Of a stretch of 64,000 bases of DNA, positions 1 to 13,764 are shown one piece after another. The number at the start of each line of letters is the position of its first letter. Within the stretch, counting starts at the first letter, position 1. The notes under the pieces are model-generated. The model saw only the letters and a list, made by a program, of their open reading frames with translations. It was not told where the DNA came from and did no database searches. The position numbers were made by a program, and so were the translations under genes. Source of the DNA: Rhynchobatus australiae (Eukaryota); assembly GCA_034780895.1 (NCBI GenBank), contig JAUZTB010000127.1, positions 66,317,231-66,381,230 of the forward strand. Reading direction: 5' to 3'.

Positions 1-1398
1 CTGCATTCTCGTAATTAAGCAAAACTTTTCTCAATTCACATTCGCTGTTTCTTATTAAGTTAGAGATGTATGGTGATTACTCCACCCTGCACTTCAGTTG
101 GCTTGTCTTTACATTTCATAGTTAATTAGTTCAGATTGTGCCCTAGTTTAGTTATGGTACTTTATTGGCTTGCTTCCATTATTGTGGTGCTTTTCCAGCA
201 CCCAATAACTCTGACATCCATTTCCCCATTAGTTTCTTTCAGTTCCCTAAAAGTGACCTGGTACCCAAATGATTTGTTACTCCTCCAAAAAAAGTTTTTT
301 TTTTCAGTCCTGTTTTCTTGATTCTCAACTATTAACATAAATTTGTAAAGGAGAACTGGTAGTGTTTAAATTCTTTCCCTATGTCTTTGACTTTCAAATT
401 TTGCCTCGATCACACAGCCAGCTGAGAGCTGTAGCTGAGTTTAGTGCAGCAACAACATATTTACAGTCCCTGAATGATGTTTTCTAGGGATTTTTACATG
501 ATATCATGGAGAACTGGAGCTTGGCAAAGGCCCAGTACTTGGTGTGGATGAATCCCAAAGATGATGTCACTGTGGAAACAGATGAGTTTGTTGTATGGAT
601 TGTAGGTCCTTTAAAGTTGTTTTTCTGCATCTCCCTCCACCCTTCTGCTCCCACCCGAGCCTCCTCCCACACCCCTAACCAAATGATGTGACATACCCTT
701 TTGAAACTTTGCCAATATTCCAGTTAAAATGGGATGATATGTTACTGTTTACTGCCACAGTGCCTCAGCTGAGCATTCAAGCCAGCATTTTGTTCTGAAC
801 TAATAGGTTCCTTTGGTTTCCTATGCAATTTGATGCAAAGCAGTTATCGGGTGTAATTTTGGCTTGCCGTGTACTCCAGTGAGAGAGACTATTTAAAATA
901 AAACAATATAAAAAGAGAGAACCATATTTCCCAGTTTTTTTTTCCCCCTACTCTTCTTTCCTCTTCTGATTGCTTAACCTATTAAGTAAACCTAAAATAG
1001 TCTCTGTTGGCTGCCTTATACCTTGCCCAAGTGCCCATGTGAGCCAAGATATTGAACTCTGGCTACCTGGTCAGTAACAAGTGGGGAAAATCTCTACTTA
1101 GAGTAATCTTGATCATCTTCATTTTGCGATGGATCTTTGGGAATCATTTTTTAAATTCTTCTTCCTTACTCTGGAATATTGAGCTCAATTGTGTAGTTCC
1201 ATTGGTGCTATGGTTAAGATCAGTTAACTTAGCCAAGATTGGAGATCCAACTAGGAATCTTCTTGCTCCATGCTATTGAAGATGTGTTAATCCATCAAGA
1301 AGTTGGGGAATGTAGCATAAGTATACCTCTGTTCACCTAGGTTACACATACCAAAGAAAATGTGTGACTTCCATAAATTATATTTCCTTACAACATTG

Positions 1399-1690
1399 AA
1401 GGAGGCCATTTGGCCAATTGTGTCAATGCCAGCTCTCAGGGCAATCCTGTTCCCCACCTGATTCTTTGTATTCCATTCTATCTCAAGTCCATCAGCTCTC
1501 CCCGATTCTCCTGCTGCCAACCTACACTAGGGGCAATCTACAATAACCAGTTAATTACCATCTGGCACTTTGGGATGTGGGAGGAAACCGGAAAACCTGG
1601 AGGAAATTCACACAAAAGGAGAACATGTAAATTGCACACGTGGCACCAAAAGTCAGGATTGAACCCTGATCGCTGGAGCTGTGAGACTTG
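1399..1690 (-). mobile_element. HE1/V-SINE-type tRNA-derived SINE with CR1-like tail
   Basis: Reverse complement of the V-domain (TTTGGGATGTGGGAGGAAACCGG...GGAGAACATGTAAA), B-box remnant GGATTGAACCC, and a CR1-type tail (GGAGGCCATTTGGCC). Confidence 0.85.
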
Positions 1691-2831
1691 CTGTCCATAG
1701 CATTATCATCATTGCTTTGGGAAACTTGCAGCTTCAGATTCTGGTAATACCATTCTGTCCACTTTGTGATGAATCAGCCTGTTTTTAATTGTGAGGTGAA
1801 TTCTACTACAACCAATAGCTGCAGACACGTTGAGATTGACGCACATGAAGTTCAAGCAGCTGCCGACAGCACAAAATGGCATGCTGCATATTGCCAGCCT
1901 GTCCGGAACCTTCCCTGTTGTCAGGCCGGCAACTGGCGAAGCATGCTGCTGCCTTGTCATGGGTGTGTTGAAAAGTTCAGGCTGCCCATAGCTGGCTTTG
2001 AAATGGCTGAAATGAATCTAGTGCTGTTGCCAGCACCTCACAATCAGAAGCATCAGGCAAAATGGACTCTACTCCTAAAAGGTGTAGCCCATTTTCTTTG
2101 TCTTACAGGATGACTTTTTTTTAAGGTAGCTTTGAATTCCATCTCCTGTGTTATTTTACAATTTACAAAGTAGTCATAGAATTAGAAGCATTAAGTCTGC
2201 CTTCTCGTACTCAAAAAAAAAAGTAATTTCACAAAAACTAATTTAATAACATTTGTCTGTCTGGTCTTTACATTATTCTGAACTATGAATAGCAGCCTCC
2301 CTGCTCTAATCTAGTCATCTGTCCTCTGCTCAACTATCAGTTAGGCTTTCCGTACTTTCTTCATCTGCCTGTCTGAGCTTTACCATGGTATGGGTTGGGC
2401 CAACAAAATATGCTTCCCACACCAGGAAACAGTTTACTGTGAAACCATGAAAAAAGTAAAACCTTTCAGAAGAATGCAACCAGTTTCTTGGCTCCTAGAG
2501 TTATGATGGAAATGCTGGGCACTACATTTTAATATACCATCACTATGTCATAATTTTTATGTATGGCAAAATTTGCTTTCACTATTTTAGTGAGGTGTAA
2601 GAAGAGAATTTTTAGTTATTGGTGAATTATGGAAAAGAAAGAAACAATGTGACAGTGTCAGAAAAGGCAGATTGACATTCGGATTCAGGCTGTTAATCTA
2701 AACTTACATGGTGAAGTTCCTTGATCTAAGTTAGCATTGGGAAAGTCTGAGAAATTTGCTGTTTTTCCTGGTATTTGCTATCTTTAACTGAAAGAACCAA
2801 CGAGATTTTGCAGTGAAAGGTTTTGAAACTC

Positions 2832-2852
2832 TATATATATATATATATATAT
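2832..2852. repeat. (TA)10 microsatellite
   Basis: Direct read of the sequence. Confidence 0.95.
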
Positions 2853-2867
2853 CTGTTTTTAAGTAAG

Positions 2868-2993
2868 ACAAAACCTGCTGATCTTGGAAATGTGAAATGA
2901 TAATAGAATGCTGGAAATTCTTAGCACATCAGGCAGTATCTGTGTAGAGAGAAGCAGATTTAATATTTCAGCATGATGACCTTTCATCTGAAT
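2868..2993 (-). mobile_element. Penelope-derived terminal fragment, older subfamily, with decayed hammerhead core
   Basis: Family arm AATGCTGGAAAT...TCAGGCAGTATCTGTG; minus strand reads CAGATGA-AAGGTCATCATGCT-GAAAT-ATTA. Confidence 0.7.
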
Positions 2994-3937
2994 AGTATCT
3001 TTTGTAAAGTGTTGTTTCAGAGTTCGGTATAGCAATCTGTGTAGATTTTGTGGGCAAGAAATTCTGATGTGTAGCACAGTGTTTCTGCACACTACAAAAT
3101 AGAATTCTTAAAGTCCTTGTTATGTTTAGCAGTTGTGTACTTTAATAGTGGTAGTGTGCTTCCAACTTCCAAATTCCTGAAGTTGGATACGGTTCTTCTG
3201 TGGGCATGTCATGCATACAGACTACTGACTGTGTATAGTGCTGCTAGCCATTGTGTAACACAAATATTGATGTCACTTGCATGAAATTCTACTGTACATT
3301 TGAAAGTTTTAAACTGGCTTAGGATTTGAACACTGACGGTCTCGATCAGAAATTTGAAGGCTGCTCTGGTATTATTTAATGGATGACCAATGCATCTCCT
3401 TCTAGGTGGATTTTTTTTTCCTGTCGTTGACTGCAAGACAGATGGAAGTGAGTTCTCTAGCACCCAGATCAACTTGACTGATCTCTCCTGATTGTCTTTC
3501 TGGCACACCATCCCCCATCTCCTGCTTCCATAAAAAGATCCTCCCCCTCCTGTCCCTTCCCCCTTCACTATTTATAGCAGTAGTTTATCAAGAAGGAGAG
3601 GTCTTTGCAAGTTACTTCATGTAAGGTTTATTCTACATAGTGTTTCAAGGCCTATAGTGGACGGCAGAGTATCCAGACTTAGCGCTGAAGCAAAACTAAT
3701 GTGAAACCTTGCCCATTTTTCGTACATGACAATTTCAATACTGCCTCTACTGATTTAAACTTGCGCAAAGTACTTGCTTTTGATCTGTTCTTAAAGTAAT
3801 TTGGAAATGGATGACCTTTGCCCTCTAAATCTAATCTCTGATCCCAGGATTGATTACCATACAGTAACTGAAAGTTCTGCGCCTTGTGCTATCTTCAGAG
3901 TACTGTTGCTTGGTTTGATTGCTGACCAGCACCACTC

Positions 3938-4135
3938 TCAACAAAGATGCAAGAGATTCTGCAGATGCTGGAATCTGGAGTAGCACACATACGAAATGCT
4001 GGAGGAACTCAGCAGGTCAGGCAGCAGCAACGGAGAGAAATAGGACTGAAGGGTCTTGACCCAAAACGTTGACTGTTTATTTCTCTCTGTAGATGCTGCC
4101 TGACTTGCTGAGTTCCTCCAACATTTTGTGTTATT
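3938..4135. mobile_element. Palindromic Penelope-derived element
   Basis: Inverted arms at about 3994-4042 and 4078-4128; centre CTGAAGGGTCTTGACCCAAAACGTTG; ACCACTC repeated at 3931-3937 and 4136-4142. Confidence 0.8.
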
Positions 4136-4221
4136 ACCACTCAGCGAATTCATTGCTCATTTACCCCATGTCCACTTCTGAACTTCAGTTAACTGTTTTC
4201 ATGTCTGCATAATTACAGTCG

Positions 4222-4527
4222 AGTAACCAGTAGAGCTGCAGCCCATAGTTCCAGCAGCCAGAGTTCAATCCCGACCTCCACTGCTGTCTGTGTGGAGTTT
4301 GCACATTCTCCCTGTGACTGTATGAATTTCCCTACAGTACTCTAGTTTTCTCCCACTTCCCAAAGATGTGCTAGTTAATTGGCCACTATGAATTTCCCTT
4401 GGTGTGAATGGTAGAATCTGAGGGGGGTGAGGTGGGGAGAATAAAATTGGATTAGTGTAAATGGGTGCTTTATTTTCAGCAGTATGGGCTTAAGGGCTTG
4501 TTTCCAAGCTGTATGTCTTTGACTCTA
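4222..4527 (+). mobile_element. HE1/V-SINE with CR1-like tail
   Basis: B-box GAGTTCAATCCC, V-domain GTGTGGAGTTTGCACATTCTCCCTGTG, tail ATGGGCTTAAGGGCTTGTTTCCAAGCTGTATG. Confidence 0.85.
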
Positions 4528-6087
4528 CAGTTACCTTACCAACACTCTCCAGGACCTGGAAATGCATAATCTTTGATCTAAGTACTGGAAGTCCCTACAG
4601 GGAAGGTAAGTGGGGAATGGGATTTCTCTGTAAGCTGATGGAGACTCATTGGGCCAAAATAACCCTTTATCTATGTCATAGCAAAACATGGTAAGTTACT
4701 CTTAACACAACGTAATCAGATCTATTTTTAAATCCACCTGCCTGGTGTTGGCCCTTGCCAGAGCATTTCTGAAGCAAGTTCCTGTTATCTGTGCCTTTCA
4801 AATTGTATTAAATGGGGTGCCTCCAGCAAAGGTGTCTCCTACTGCATCTTCATACTCCTATTCCATTTAGGGTTTGCCCTGGGCTTCCTCATCTACATTC
4901 AGACTTGCAGCAACATCTGCAAACAGTTGGTTTGTTTCCATGTGTATGCTGCTGACTAGTCACCCAGTATCTGTCCTGGATTCCTTCATGTGAGGCAAGG
5001 GAATGGGGAGAGGGGAGAAGTGCTATGAATCCATGCTTAGCAAAAGAATTCCACCTGCCCCCGCCCCCAACCCAGCCTTGCTATGGTGTAGTAAATATGT
5101 TTTGCAATTAATTCCTTATTGAGAGTCACCAAAACAAAATCATGAAATTGGAACATTCTCCCTTTTGAGCTCAGTTTGCTTTTCTTTCTTAAAATGCAGT
5201 TGAATGCCTGTGTGTTCTCGGATGGCTCAGCAATCAGCTGCGATGTCATGAATGCATTGCCGATTGGGAAGTGGGCCAGGCCTGTTCAAGTATTCTCTCA
5301 ATGGCCCTGTCCCCATCCTATCCCACCCGAGGCTATGGGGTGGAGCAACCTTGTCTTGTGCTGTGAGTAGCTCCAGGCCATTGAGATTCATGCACGTGTG
5401 CTTCATCTGTGGCCAGTGCTTCAGGCAATTGCACTTTCATTTGAATTTAACTCAGTCATTTTAAATCTAAAAATGATGAGCAGCAGGGACACTTTAAATC
5501 ATGTCTGATTCCTGACTTGTGATTTATTTCTTGTATCGTGAGTGGGGGAAAAACAAAGGTTGCAGTTCAGGACCTTTACAAATTTAAATGACCAGAAACT
5601 GAATTGAGCTCCGTGCACATTTGTGAAGTCCATTGCATGTGTGAAATACAGCAGGAGAGTGACACCAGTGATAGGATGAATCACGGCAGGTGCTCAGTTC
5701 ACTTTCCTGATGGGTGCAACTTCTGCCAGAAATGGATGCAAGCATTTCAAAATGAGTGATTTTTTTTTCGTGCAATTTCTGGATGAATGTTACAGGTGCA
5801 AATGGACTTTCCTCTCATCCAATGTCTGATGCAGGCCAAAATACTGCTGGGGATGACACTGCTTTTTGGTTGAACTTTGGTAGTCTGCAGCAATGGTTAA
5901 CAGGATGGTACCTGGGGAAGATTTTGGTGAACAAGTCAAATGGAAGAAACCAGAGTGAAAATGGCTGCTTGTGGTAAGTGCAGAGTGGTGGGTATTATTT
6001 GTCTCAAAATTAGGTAAGGGTTTAGGACTAAGCGATTGGGTAGGAATTTAAATTTGACTGGTTTTGAAGGGGCAGGTATTTGGGATT

Positions 6088-6308
6088 AAACCTACAGTTG
6101 AGACTTCGAAATACTGGAGAAATGCTACCAGTGCACAATCCTCCAGATCCATGGGTGGATTAGCAAACTGATGTCTCTGGCCTCTCCTAGGCCAACATCC
6201 TCAGCACTGAGGCTCTGATTACACTTGACTGGTTCCAGGAGCTGGGTCACATAGTCTGCATGCCTGATGTTAGACTCCCAAAGTGACTACTGCAAGCTCT
6301 GTCACAGC
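6088..6308 (+). mobile_element. RTE-clade LINE fragment, post-RT region, decayed
   Basis: Translates ANILSTEALITLDWFQELGHIVCMPDVRLPK, similar to the RTE motif LRWAGHVxRMxDxRLPK. Confidence 0.75.
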
Positions 6309-8726
6309 ATTTGATTCCCAGGGGTTCTCAGTCTCTCTTGGGGGTGGGAGGTGAAATTTAACTGACCCATGGGTATCCATTGGGTCTGTAACCACTCAGA
6401 GGTAAGGAATTCCTGGAAGATACAGAGGAGTTAGTGCCTCTATGACAGGAACATACAGAGGGTATGTACAAATAGTAGAAGGAAAGCACAATATCCCAAG
6501 CTACCCACCAACTCGCTCATCTTGTCAAGCTTCACCCTGGGCAGAAGGTGGAATGTGTGGATCCCGCGTAAGACTCTTCAACTTCAGTACGCTTAGAACT
6601 GTGGTGGAAGTGAGTTGCCTTCAACCCTGATGGTCTGCCTTGAAAGAATTGTAATGTATACCACTTGAACGCGCACACTGTTTAAGTTGCAATTGCAGAG
6701 AATGGGATATGGAACGGGAGGCCAGAGGTAAAACTTTGCACAGGAATGAACCAGCAAGGTGGGGTTGAAAATGTTCAGAGAGTTATTAGGAGAAAATATG
6801 CTTAATTTGTTCTTGTATATTGATACTGATCCATTTCAATTAAAATATCAACAAGATTGCTGCATCACTGTGACACTTGGTGGCAGGCATCAGCAACTGC
6901 ATGCAGATGTGGCCTGGCATTTGACAATACTTTATGATGATTTAAATTTTATGTGAATTCAATTCTTAGAAATCTTTTCTCAGCACCAACTGTTCTAACA
7001 TTTGTATCCAAGCATTAACACTTTAACATATAGATCTTGCCATGGAGGGATCTGACTTGGTGCTCTTGTTGGATTTTGAAGTAGACCTGTGTGGTCACCT
7101 ATAGTGGTACTCCAAGGATATCAGCCATAATTAAATCTCATGCTTTTTGATTTGCAGAAAATCATAATTTTTAAAAATAAAATGAAAGATGAAAATGTAT
7201 TGATTTCATCCCAGATATCAGAGGTTTGAAAATAATTGTATTTGGTTCAAAGTATGAATGGGCCTTGAGTACCTTCAGGCAAACTGTACTTAGTTGTATA
7301 ACAGAGCATTCACTCTTCACTACCCAATGGTAGTGTTGAGGATCCCCTGCAATTCTATCTCCTGTTAAGTTTTGGTTACAGGGATCTGTCTCTTCACTAA
7401 ATGGTCAAGGAGGCTTGAGAGGGCCCTATGGCCTGCTCCTGTTCTTTTCACAGTTGATGTACACCTGTGATATGTCTGTAGTTGCAGTTTCCAGAGGGAG
7501 ATTGTGAATGCACAGGCTTTGCACGTGTATACTGCACAGTGCTCTAGATCCCTGGGTGGATGGTACTTTTCCTACCCTCCCCCAAAGGCCCTCTGGCTAA
7601 TTACTGTGCCTGCAACGTTGCTGCAGCTGATATCCTCTAACGGCAGGGAAGTGCTGGACTGTGAGACTTGCTGATTTGCATGGTTCACCAGACAGTCATC
7701 CATTTAAAAGACCTATTTTTATTACTGCCATGGAAAGCGGAATAAAGCTGCTTTATTTTGTGAGAGTAAAGCTGTCCTAGAGGAAGTTGTCCTCTCCTTC
7801 AGCCTGTTACTTGAATGAAAGTGAATCCATTTTAATAATTAGCATATGTTCTAACAATGTGATTTCTGGATAGAAAATAATAGTGGCTTTACAAAAGCTG
7901 AATTCAGGGTTACCGCTGCTGTAGAATACCTCTTGGTTTAATATGCTTTTTTGAAACTAAATGGCAATCAAAAGCTAAAGGTTGTAGTTGCAGTATATGT
8001 GTTTGTGTTGGTGTTTCCTCTCATCCCAGGCACTCCTATTAAACCACACCCTGCTCCAGCACAAACTGCTGCAGTCATACTGACGACCATTACATTCCTG
8101 ACATTCGGGAGTGGTTAATATTGGTTTATGTATTTTAATTGGGCAAAAGCCACTCCCTGTCTCATGGAGATTGCACTGGACACGTAGTCTACTTTGCATC
8201 CGTTAGAGTCGTGGCTTTTTTCCCAGTTTGGTCTGCAGGCAATTTTGTTTTCTTTTTAAAATACAAACTCTTTTGCAGACAGCATGAAAAAATATCCAGT
8301 GATTTTTTTAAAAAAAATCATTAACAAATGTTTTTAAAATCTAGAAAACAAAATCAAGAATATGATCTGATATTTTTATTGAATTTAGTATTGCATCAAG
8401 GGTTGTGAGCAAGGTAGGGTGAGCAGCATAGGACACTCCCCAAAACCATCCAGAAAAATACGACCTTTGTATGGAAGCACATACACATGTTGAACGTGTA
8501 ATATTTAAGCATCCCCTCAAAACCAGCTGATTTGAAGTCCTGTATATTTTTCCGTGACTATCATTTATAAGAAGCCTGCTACTTTGTTACTATCTCTATT
8601 AATTCAATGTGGAAGAAAACTCTGAGGTCTCAGTGGTGACCCATGCCTGCCTGATGGCTGATACTGAAACTGGTGGGGGGAGGGGGGGCGCGGGTTGGGG
8701 AGACTGTACCATGCTTCCTCCAGGGA

Positions 8727-9025
8727 AGGTTAAGGGGTGAACCTGCTAAAATCATTAAAATTTATGAAGAGATTTGATGACTGGTATAAATAAAACAATG
8801 TCACTTGTGGAGGTTCTAAATTTAGGGTCCATTTAAAAAAAACCCATATTCTAAGTATAATAATGAATTTTGGGGGAGAAGCTTTTTATCTTGCAGTAGG
8901 GATACAGAACTTGTTACTATGATTGATGAATGAAATTGATCCTCTTATGGGGAAGCTGGATAAAGAGAAAAGGAATAGAAATTATGGGGTTAAATGAAGG
9001 TTGAGGATCTTTCTGTTCTGCAATT
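8727..9025 (+). mobile_element. CR1 LINE 3' fragment, heavily decayed
   Basis: Resembles the CR1 ORF2 end and 3' UTR (GGTTAAGGGGTGAACCTG...GGGGAAGCTGGATAAAGAGAAAAGGAATAGAA). Confidence 0.55.
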
Positions 9026-10199
9026 ATATGCAAGCCTAGTAACGGAGTGAGGATTTTGGAGGAAATTCGTCAGCGTTTATGCATGATTGCTTCACGGGGA
9101 TAGAAATGGTAGTGAGCTGTAGGTGAAAACTGGAACTAGCTTTATTCTCATGTTTCCCTCTATCCCCACCCTCTCTTGCCCAGCCTGCAGCTGAATAACC
9201 TGCTAGCACTCCTTGCCTTAACTTGCACATGAAGACTGATCGCTGGAACGTGTGCACATGCAGCATGATGTGTGTCACTGTCTTCAAAAGTGGAATGTCT
9301 CTCTTAAATCAAGGACTGAGTGGAGAACCAGAGGGAAATTCTCAATTGCCCATTTCTCACCTGAATTGAGTAACTGGTAGAGAGAAACTGGACAGGTACT
9401 TGAGGCATCCTTTTGACAACCAAATCCTTCCTGATTCAATACAGCTATCTGTTTTTAACTGGATATCTAGTGATTCTACTGAAAATACCAGCTGTTGGGA
9501 TTTGATTTGAATATTCATGTGCAAGATGGCATGCATTCTGGGCTAGTTGTACCAAGCATTGAAAGGACTAATTGGAGGACCTTTTAAAAAGGCTTTAGGC
9601 TGCTTGCAGAAGGTAAAATTCTGTTTTTACAATCATTTTTGGGAGATGGGATGGGAAACCTTGCTGCTCAAATCCTTTTTGTTCCCTGCCAGCCTGTTTT
9701 CATCCCATGCTTCGTAAGAGTCTAGCCTGACGTTGGGTACCATGCAGCAGCCATTTCTGGCTCTGGCAGCTTGCCAAGTGAATTTAATTTGATTCCCACT
9801 CCAAAAGTGGTTCAGGCTGCCCAACCCTGGTTTTGGGTGCTTTTACCTCTGAAACCCCTTCTGTTTTGGGCACAGATTGGAAAATCTTCTTTTATACTTG
9901 AGGAATTTTTGTGTTCTGCTGACTGCAGAGCCCTTGGGTTTCAGCCTCTAGCCAACTGCCGACACTTGCATACAGTGGGTTTGAGTGTGTGTGGGGAAGG
10001 TTGCCTGATACTTGATTACCTCGGGTGCACGTTCTAACTGAAGCTGGTGAATTCAACAGGCACCTGAAATTAGGGAATCTGAGTCTTAATGGTTAACCAT
10101 GGTATGTCTTTATCCTTGGAGGCAAATCCTTTCTTGGATCAAACTTTGTAATCTCTTGCTCATTGGCAATGGTTGGATTCCCAACATGACTACAGTTTC

Positions 10200-10333
10200 T
10201 TCCAGGTGAAACATCTTATCTTGAAATATCCACTGTCCAGTTATCTCCATAGATGCTGCCTGACCCACCTGAGTTTCTCCAGCAGTTTGCTTGTTGCTCC
10301 GCATTCCAGCATCTGCAGATTCTTGTGTCTCCA
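10200..10333 (+). mobile_element. Penelope-derived single-arm fragment
   Basis: AGATGCTGCCTGACCCACCTGAGTTTCTCCAGCAG...TTCCAGCATCTGCAGATTCTTGTGTCTCC, the same arm as the 3938 and 41947 copies. Confidence 0.8.
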
Positions 10334-11354
10334 TGATTGCTATTTAGACTTGTATGCCACCTAGCATAATCAGTTATCGCCGTGTTTTAGTTTTCTACTG
10401 GCAGTGGTATATTAGGATGTCTGTTTTCAGGTGAAGTGGGGTTAGTGGGTGGGAGTTACTTGGGCAGACCCTTGCCATATTTTTTTAACAAGCAAAAAGA
10501 AGCTATATTGCAGTGAAAAGATAAAAGCCATTGCAAAACAAGGAGTTCATCCTTGGTTGCCAGTTCTAAGTGTGTTATGTACAGTAGTAGTGCCAATACA
10601 TTATACCCTGCTTCCATTCAGTTCCAATGAAATCAATGAAACAATTTTTAAAGCAAAAGCCATACTGATCCCACAAAATAGCATGCTTAGTGCCACTGAC
10701 AAGCGAATAAATTTCTCAACTAGTGTGAGTACAATACAGTCCAATGATATGGCAGATGCAAATCTGAGGTGTGACAGTAGTGGGAGGCTATAATTTCAGC
10801 AGGCAAGGTTTGCTGAAAGCTTTTAAGTGAGAATTTCGAATGTAAAAGTTACCACAAAGATATGACAACAGGAAGTAAGGCTGGCTGCAGCAACTGTACA
10901 CATTTGTAGGGGTCTTCCTATGATTTTTTTCAAAGATGTGATTCAGGATTGAATGAATTATTATAACATGCAGGTTTGATTTGCAGAATATGCAAGGATG
11001 GAAATACACCACAGATGGATAGATAAATAAATGCATCATAAGTAAAGCACATCCATGGGTGTGCAGCTCAATAAGAGCTTCTGAGTAGCTGACCTTGTAT
11101 CCAGACAAGCTACACTGAGACTCTGAAAGATAACAAATTCAAGCTGTCTTACCTCCTGCGTGACATGTCCATGTGTATTTGGAAAGCGTACATTTTTGCT
11201 TCCAGATCTGAGCTGTGCCCCATGAGTATGTTGGGCATTTGTAGCTGGCACAGGGGAAAGTAGGGTGGTCTCTGACAGGAATTTTGGGCAGAAGGAGTGG
11301 GAGTCCATTTGAAGGACCACAGCGAACCTGAATTGGACAGGTAGTAGCATCTGA

Positions 11355-12135
11355 GGCCTGCCACAGGAAAGTCATTGCTAGAGTCCTCTTCAGCCACTTC
11401 CTTCAAGGGCCCAGAGAGTTGCTTTCCAAATTGTAAGCATGGATTCATCAAGAGGCACAATGGACGTGAAGTTATTGCAAAGTGAAGATCAAGAGAATTG
11501 CAGGGAGCAGCACCAATTGAGAGGCATTTTTGAGCATCCTTCTTGAATCTGGCCACCTTCAGAAATTCATCTCTGTCATATGCCTACTGAATAAGGGCAT
11601 GCAAAACATCATTCTAACCAACAGATCCAGTCATTTATACAGACTAGGCCAAAAAAGCCGTGCTATCACTCCAACACATTTCTCAATGTTTCTCATATGA
11701 TGCTGGAACTCTTCTCCAGGAAGCTGCTCGCTGGAGCAGAGTTAATATAAAAGACAAATAGGAAACTGTTCAATCTTTGTCGCCATTCCAGTACCAGGTG
11801 ACACTTGTGTGTGCACACTGTTGAAGACTTGAGCTCCAGGTTGTGTTTGGTTCATTTTTATACGAGAGAATGGGCCTAATATTAAATGTTCACAGCCCCA
11901 TCTCGTCCCTCTATCCACCAACAATGTCTCACATAATGAGACCCTGAAAGAGGTGGATCACTTTCTGTGTGACCACCTCTCAGTGAAGGGAGATGCCGAT
12001 GATGGAGTTCACCATTGCTTTCAGTGCACCAGAATGACCTTTTGAGGAGAATGTATTTGAAGAACATGACTTTAAACCTGCACACCGATCATGGTCTCCA
12101 AAGTGGCAGTGATCATTGCTTTCCCGTACAGTGGG
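11355..12135 (+). mobile_element. RTE-clade LINE reverse transcriptase fragment, decayed and internally deleted
   Basis: Frameshifted pieces TGKVIARVLF, RGTMD, QENCREQHQ and LKEVDHF...HLSVKGDADDGVHHCFQC. Confidence 0.8.
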
Positions 12136-12789
12136 TACCTAAATATAATGGAGAAACATCATTTGGTTCCATTGGGTAGGCCAGGTAGATTGCATGTTTG
12201 ACACCAGTATTGACAAAGGGATGGCAAGCTCCATTTATAGCAAGGGGTTACCAGAGGTCAAATTTAATGATTCAGTGATGTTCTCTAAGCCTTAAGTATG
12301 CAGCTTTTTCGCTAACTTCAATTCCCTGACTCATGAGTGCTCAAAATGGAGGAGGAGCATCCTGAATGATACTAAGAATCGTGTCTCTTTAGGAGCAGGC
12401 AGAAGCCCCTAGGGAACACAGGATGAGAGTACCACCTGCCCCCATTTTGGCAGAGTTTGCAGGTCCCACATTGCTTCAAGAGCCTCCTCAGGACACTGGA
12501 GTGGAAGCAAGTCATTGTCAACTCTGAGGAACCATCTAAGAAAAAGCATTTAATCACCTTTTTGTATATATAGCTTGTAGAAATGATTAAACACAAACTT
12601 GGTTTATTATTTCTACTTTTTTGTTTTTTCTATTTGAAATGATTTGAATTAAAAGTTGGCATGGTGTGCTGAAGGAGTGTAGTCAGGCCAGCACAAATTG
12701 CTTATGGCAGGAAAGTTCTCACAACTTGCAGACCCTGTCTTGTTTGTAAAAAGTAATTATGATGATAAATTCATCAGAGTGCATCTGTC

Positions 12790-13095
12790 ATTGTTGTCTT
12801 AGCCATTCTCCAAGGATTGAGGATGACTTGCTTCCCCCTGACTGATGGGGCCAATAGGGGAACCACTGATAGGGCAGGAGGTATTGGACAGGGTGGGTGG
12901 TTTGTGAGATGGTGCAGTCTTGCCTGCATTTGCACACAGCTTCTGTGTGTTTCCAATGCATGGCCTTGCTTCTTAATAAGCTCTCCTCCTTCTCCACTTT
13001 GAGTGGTCATGGACAAGAGATCCTCAGGAGTTGGTGGGGATGCTGCCTTTTATAAAAGAGTTTGAACACATCCTTAAATCTTTTACTGTGTCTGT
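12790..13095 (-). mobile_element. RTE LINE 3' end, left part of an interrupted copy
   Basis: Minus strand encodes KRFKDVFK followed by an RTE-type C-terminus; it continues the 13973-14262 fragment. Confidence 0.7.
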
Positions 13096-13758
13096 TGTTA
13101 CGGATTAGGCTGCTATTTGGTGAATGTCCCTTTTAGACATAGTACAGTAGTGTGTGTGGCATCATTATGACAATAACAGAAGATAGCAACGTGCTGATGT
13201 TTTGGTTCAGTCAGAAAAGAGGGAGAGAGACACACTGACTGCCGGTCTCTGTATCGATGGATGAAAAACAATAACTGTGTCTGTCACTACAATTCACATA
13301 TGGATTTGTGGAGTAATCCAGTGGAGTCCATTTTGTCGTTAATCTGTAGAAGGAAACAGGTATTTCTGTGGATGGCCACGTCTCGAATGCCTTTCGGGGT
13401 GGCAGATACTTCGGAACAAAGCAGTGGAGATCATCAGTGACTGAAGTGTCATATGGGTTTCATCGTGGAACATTTGGATTTCATAATTTCTCTCTGTTTT
13501 CTCTTCAGTCAACAGTGGTTTTGCAAAAGCCTTTGCTCACGCTTCACCTTATGGCTTGCTGAACTGAACTTTGAGAACTATTCCTGGACTTGGAGTTTGG
13601 GAATTTGCCACACACACACTTTGAATTTAGCTTTTGGGGTTAATGTTTAATATCTAACATTTTTTAAATTTTTCTTATTATAAGTAGTTATTAATAAAAT
13701 AGTTTCTAACACTTTTATATATGACTCGGTGTGTTTCTTTTGTTGCTGGTATGTAACA
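13096..13758 (+). mobile_element. Solo LTR, probably Gypsy-type
   Basis: Termini TGTTAC...GTAACA form a perfect 6-bp inverted repeat; AATAAA at 13693-13698; flanks CTGT and CTTT fit a 4-bp TSD with one mismatch; it interrupts other repeats. Confidence 0.7.
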
Positions 13759-13764
13759 CTTTAA

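Noticed and set aside
3938-4135. Long hairpins as pre-miRNA genes or classical MITEs
   Set aside because: They belong to a multi-copy family with long variable TSDs and a link to a GIY-YIG remnant, which indicates Penelope origin.
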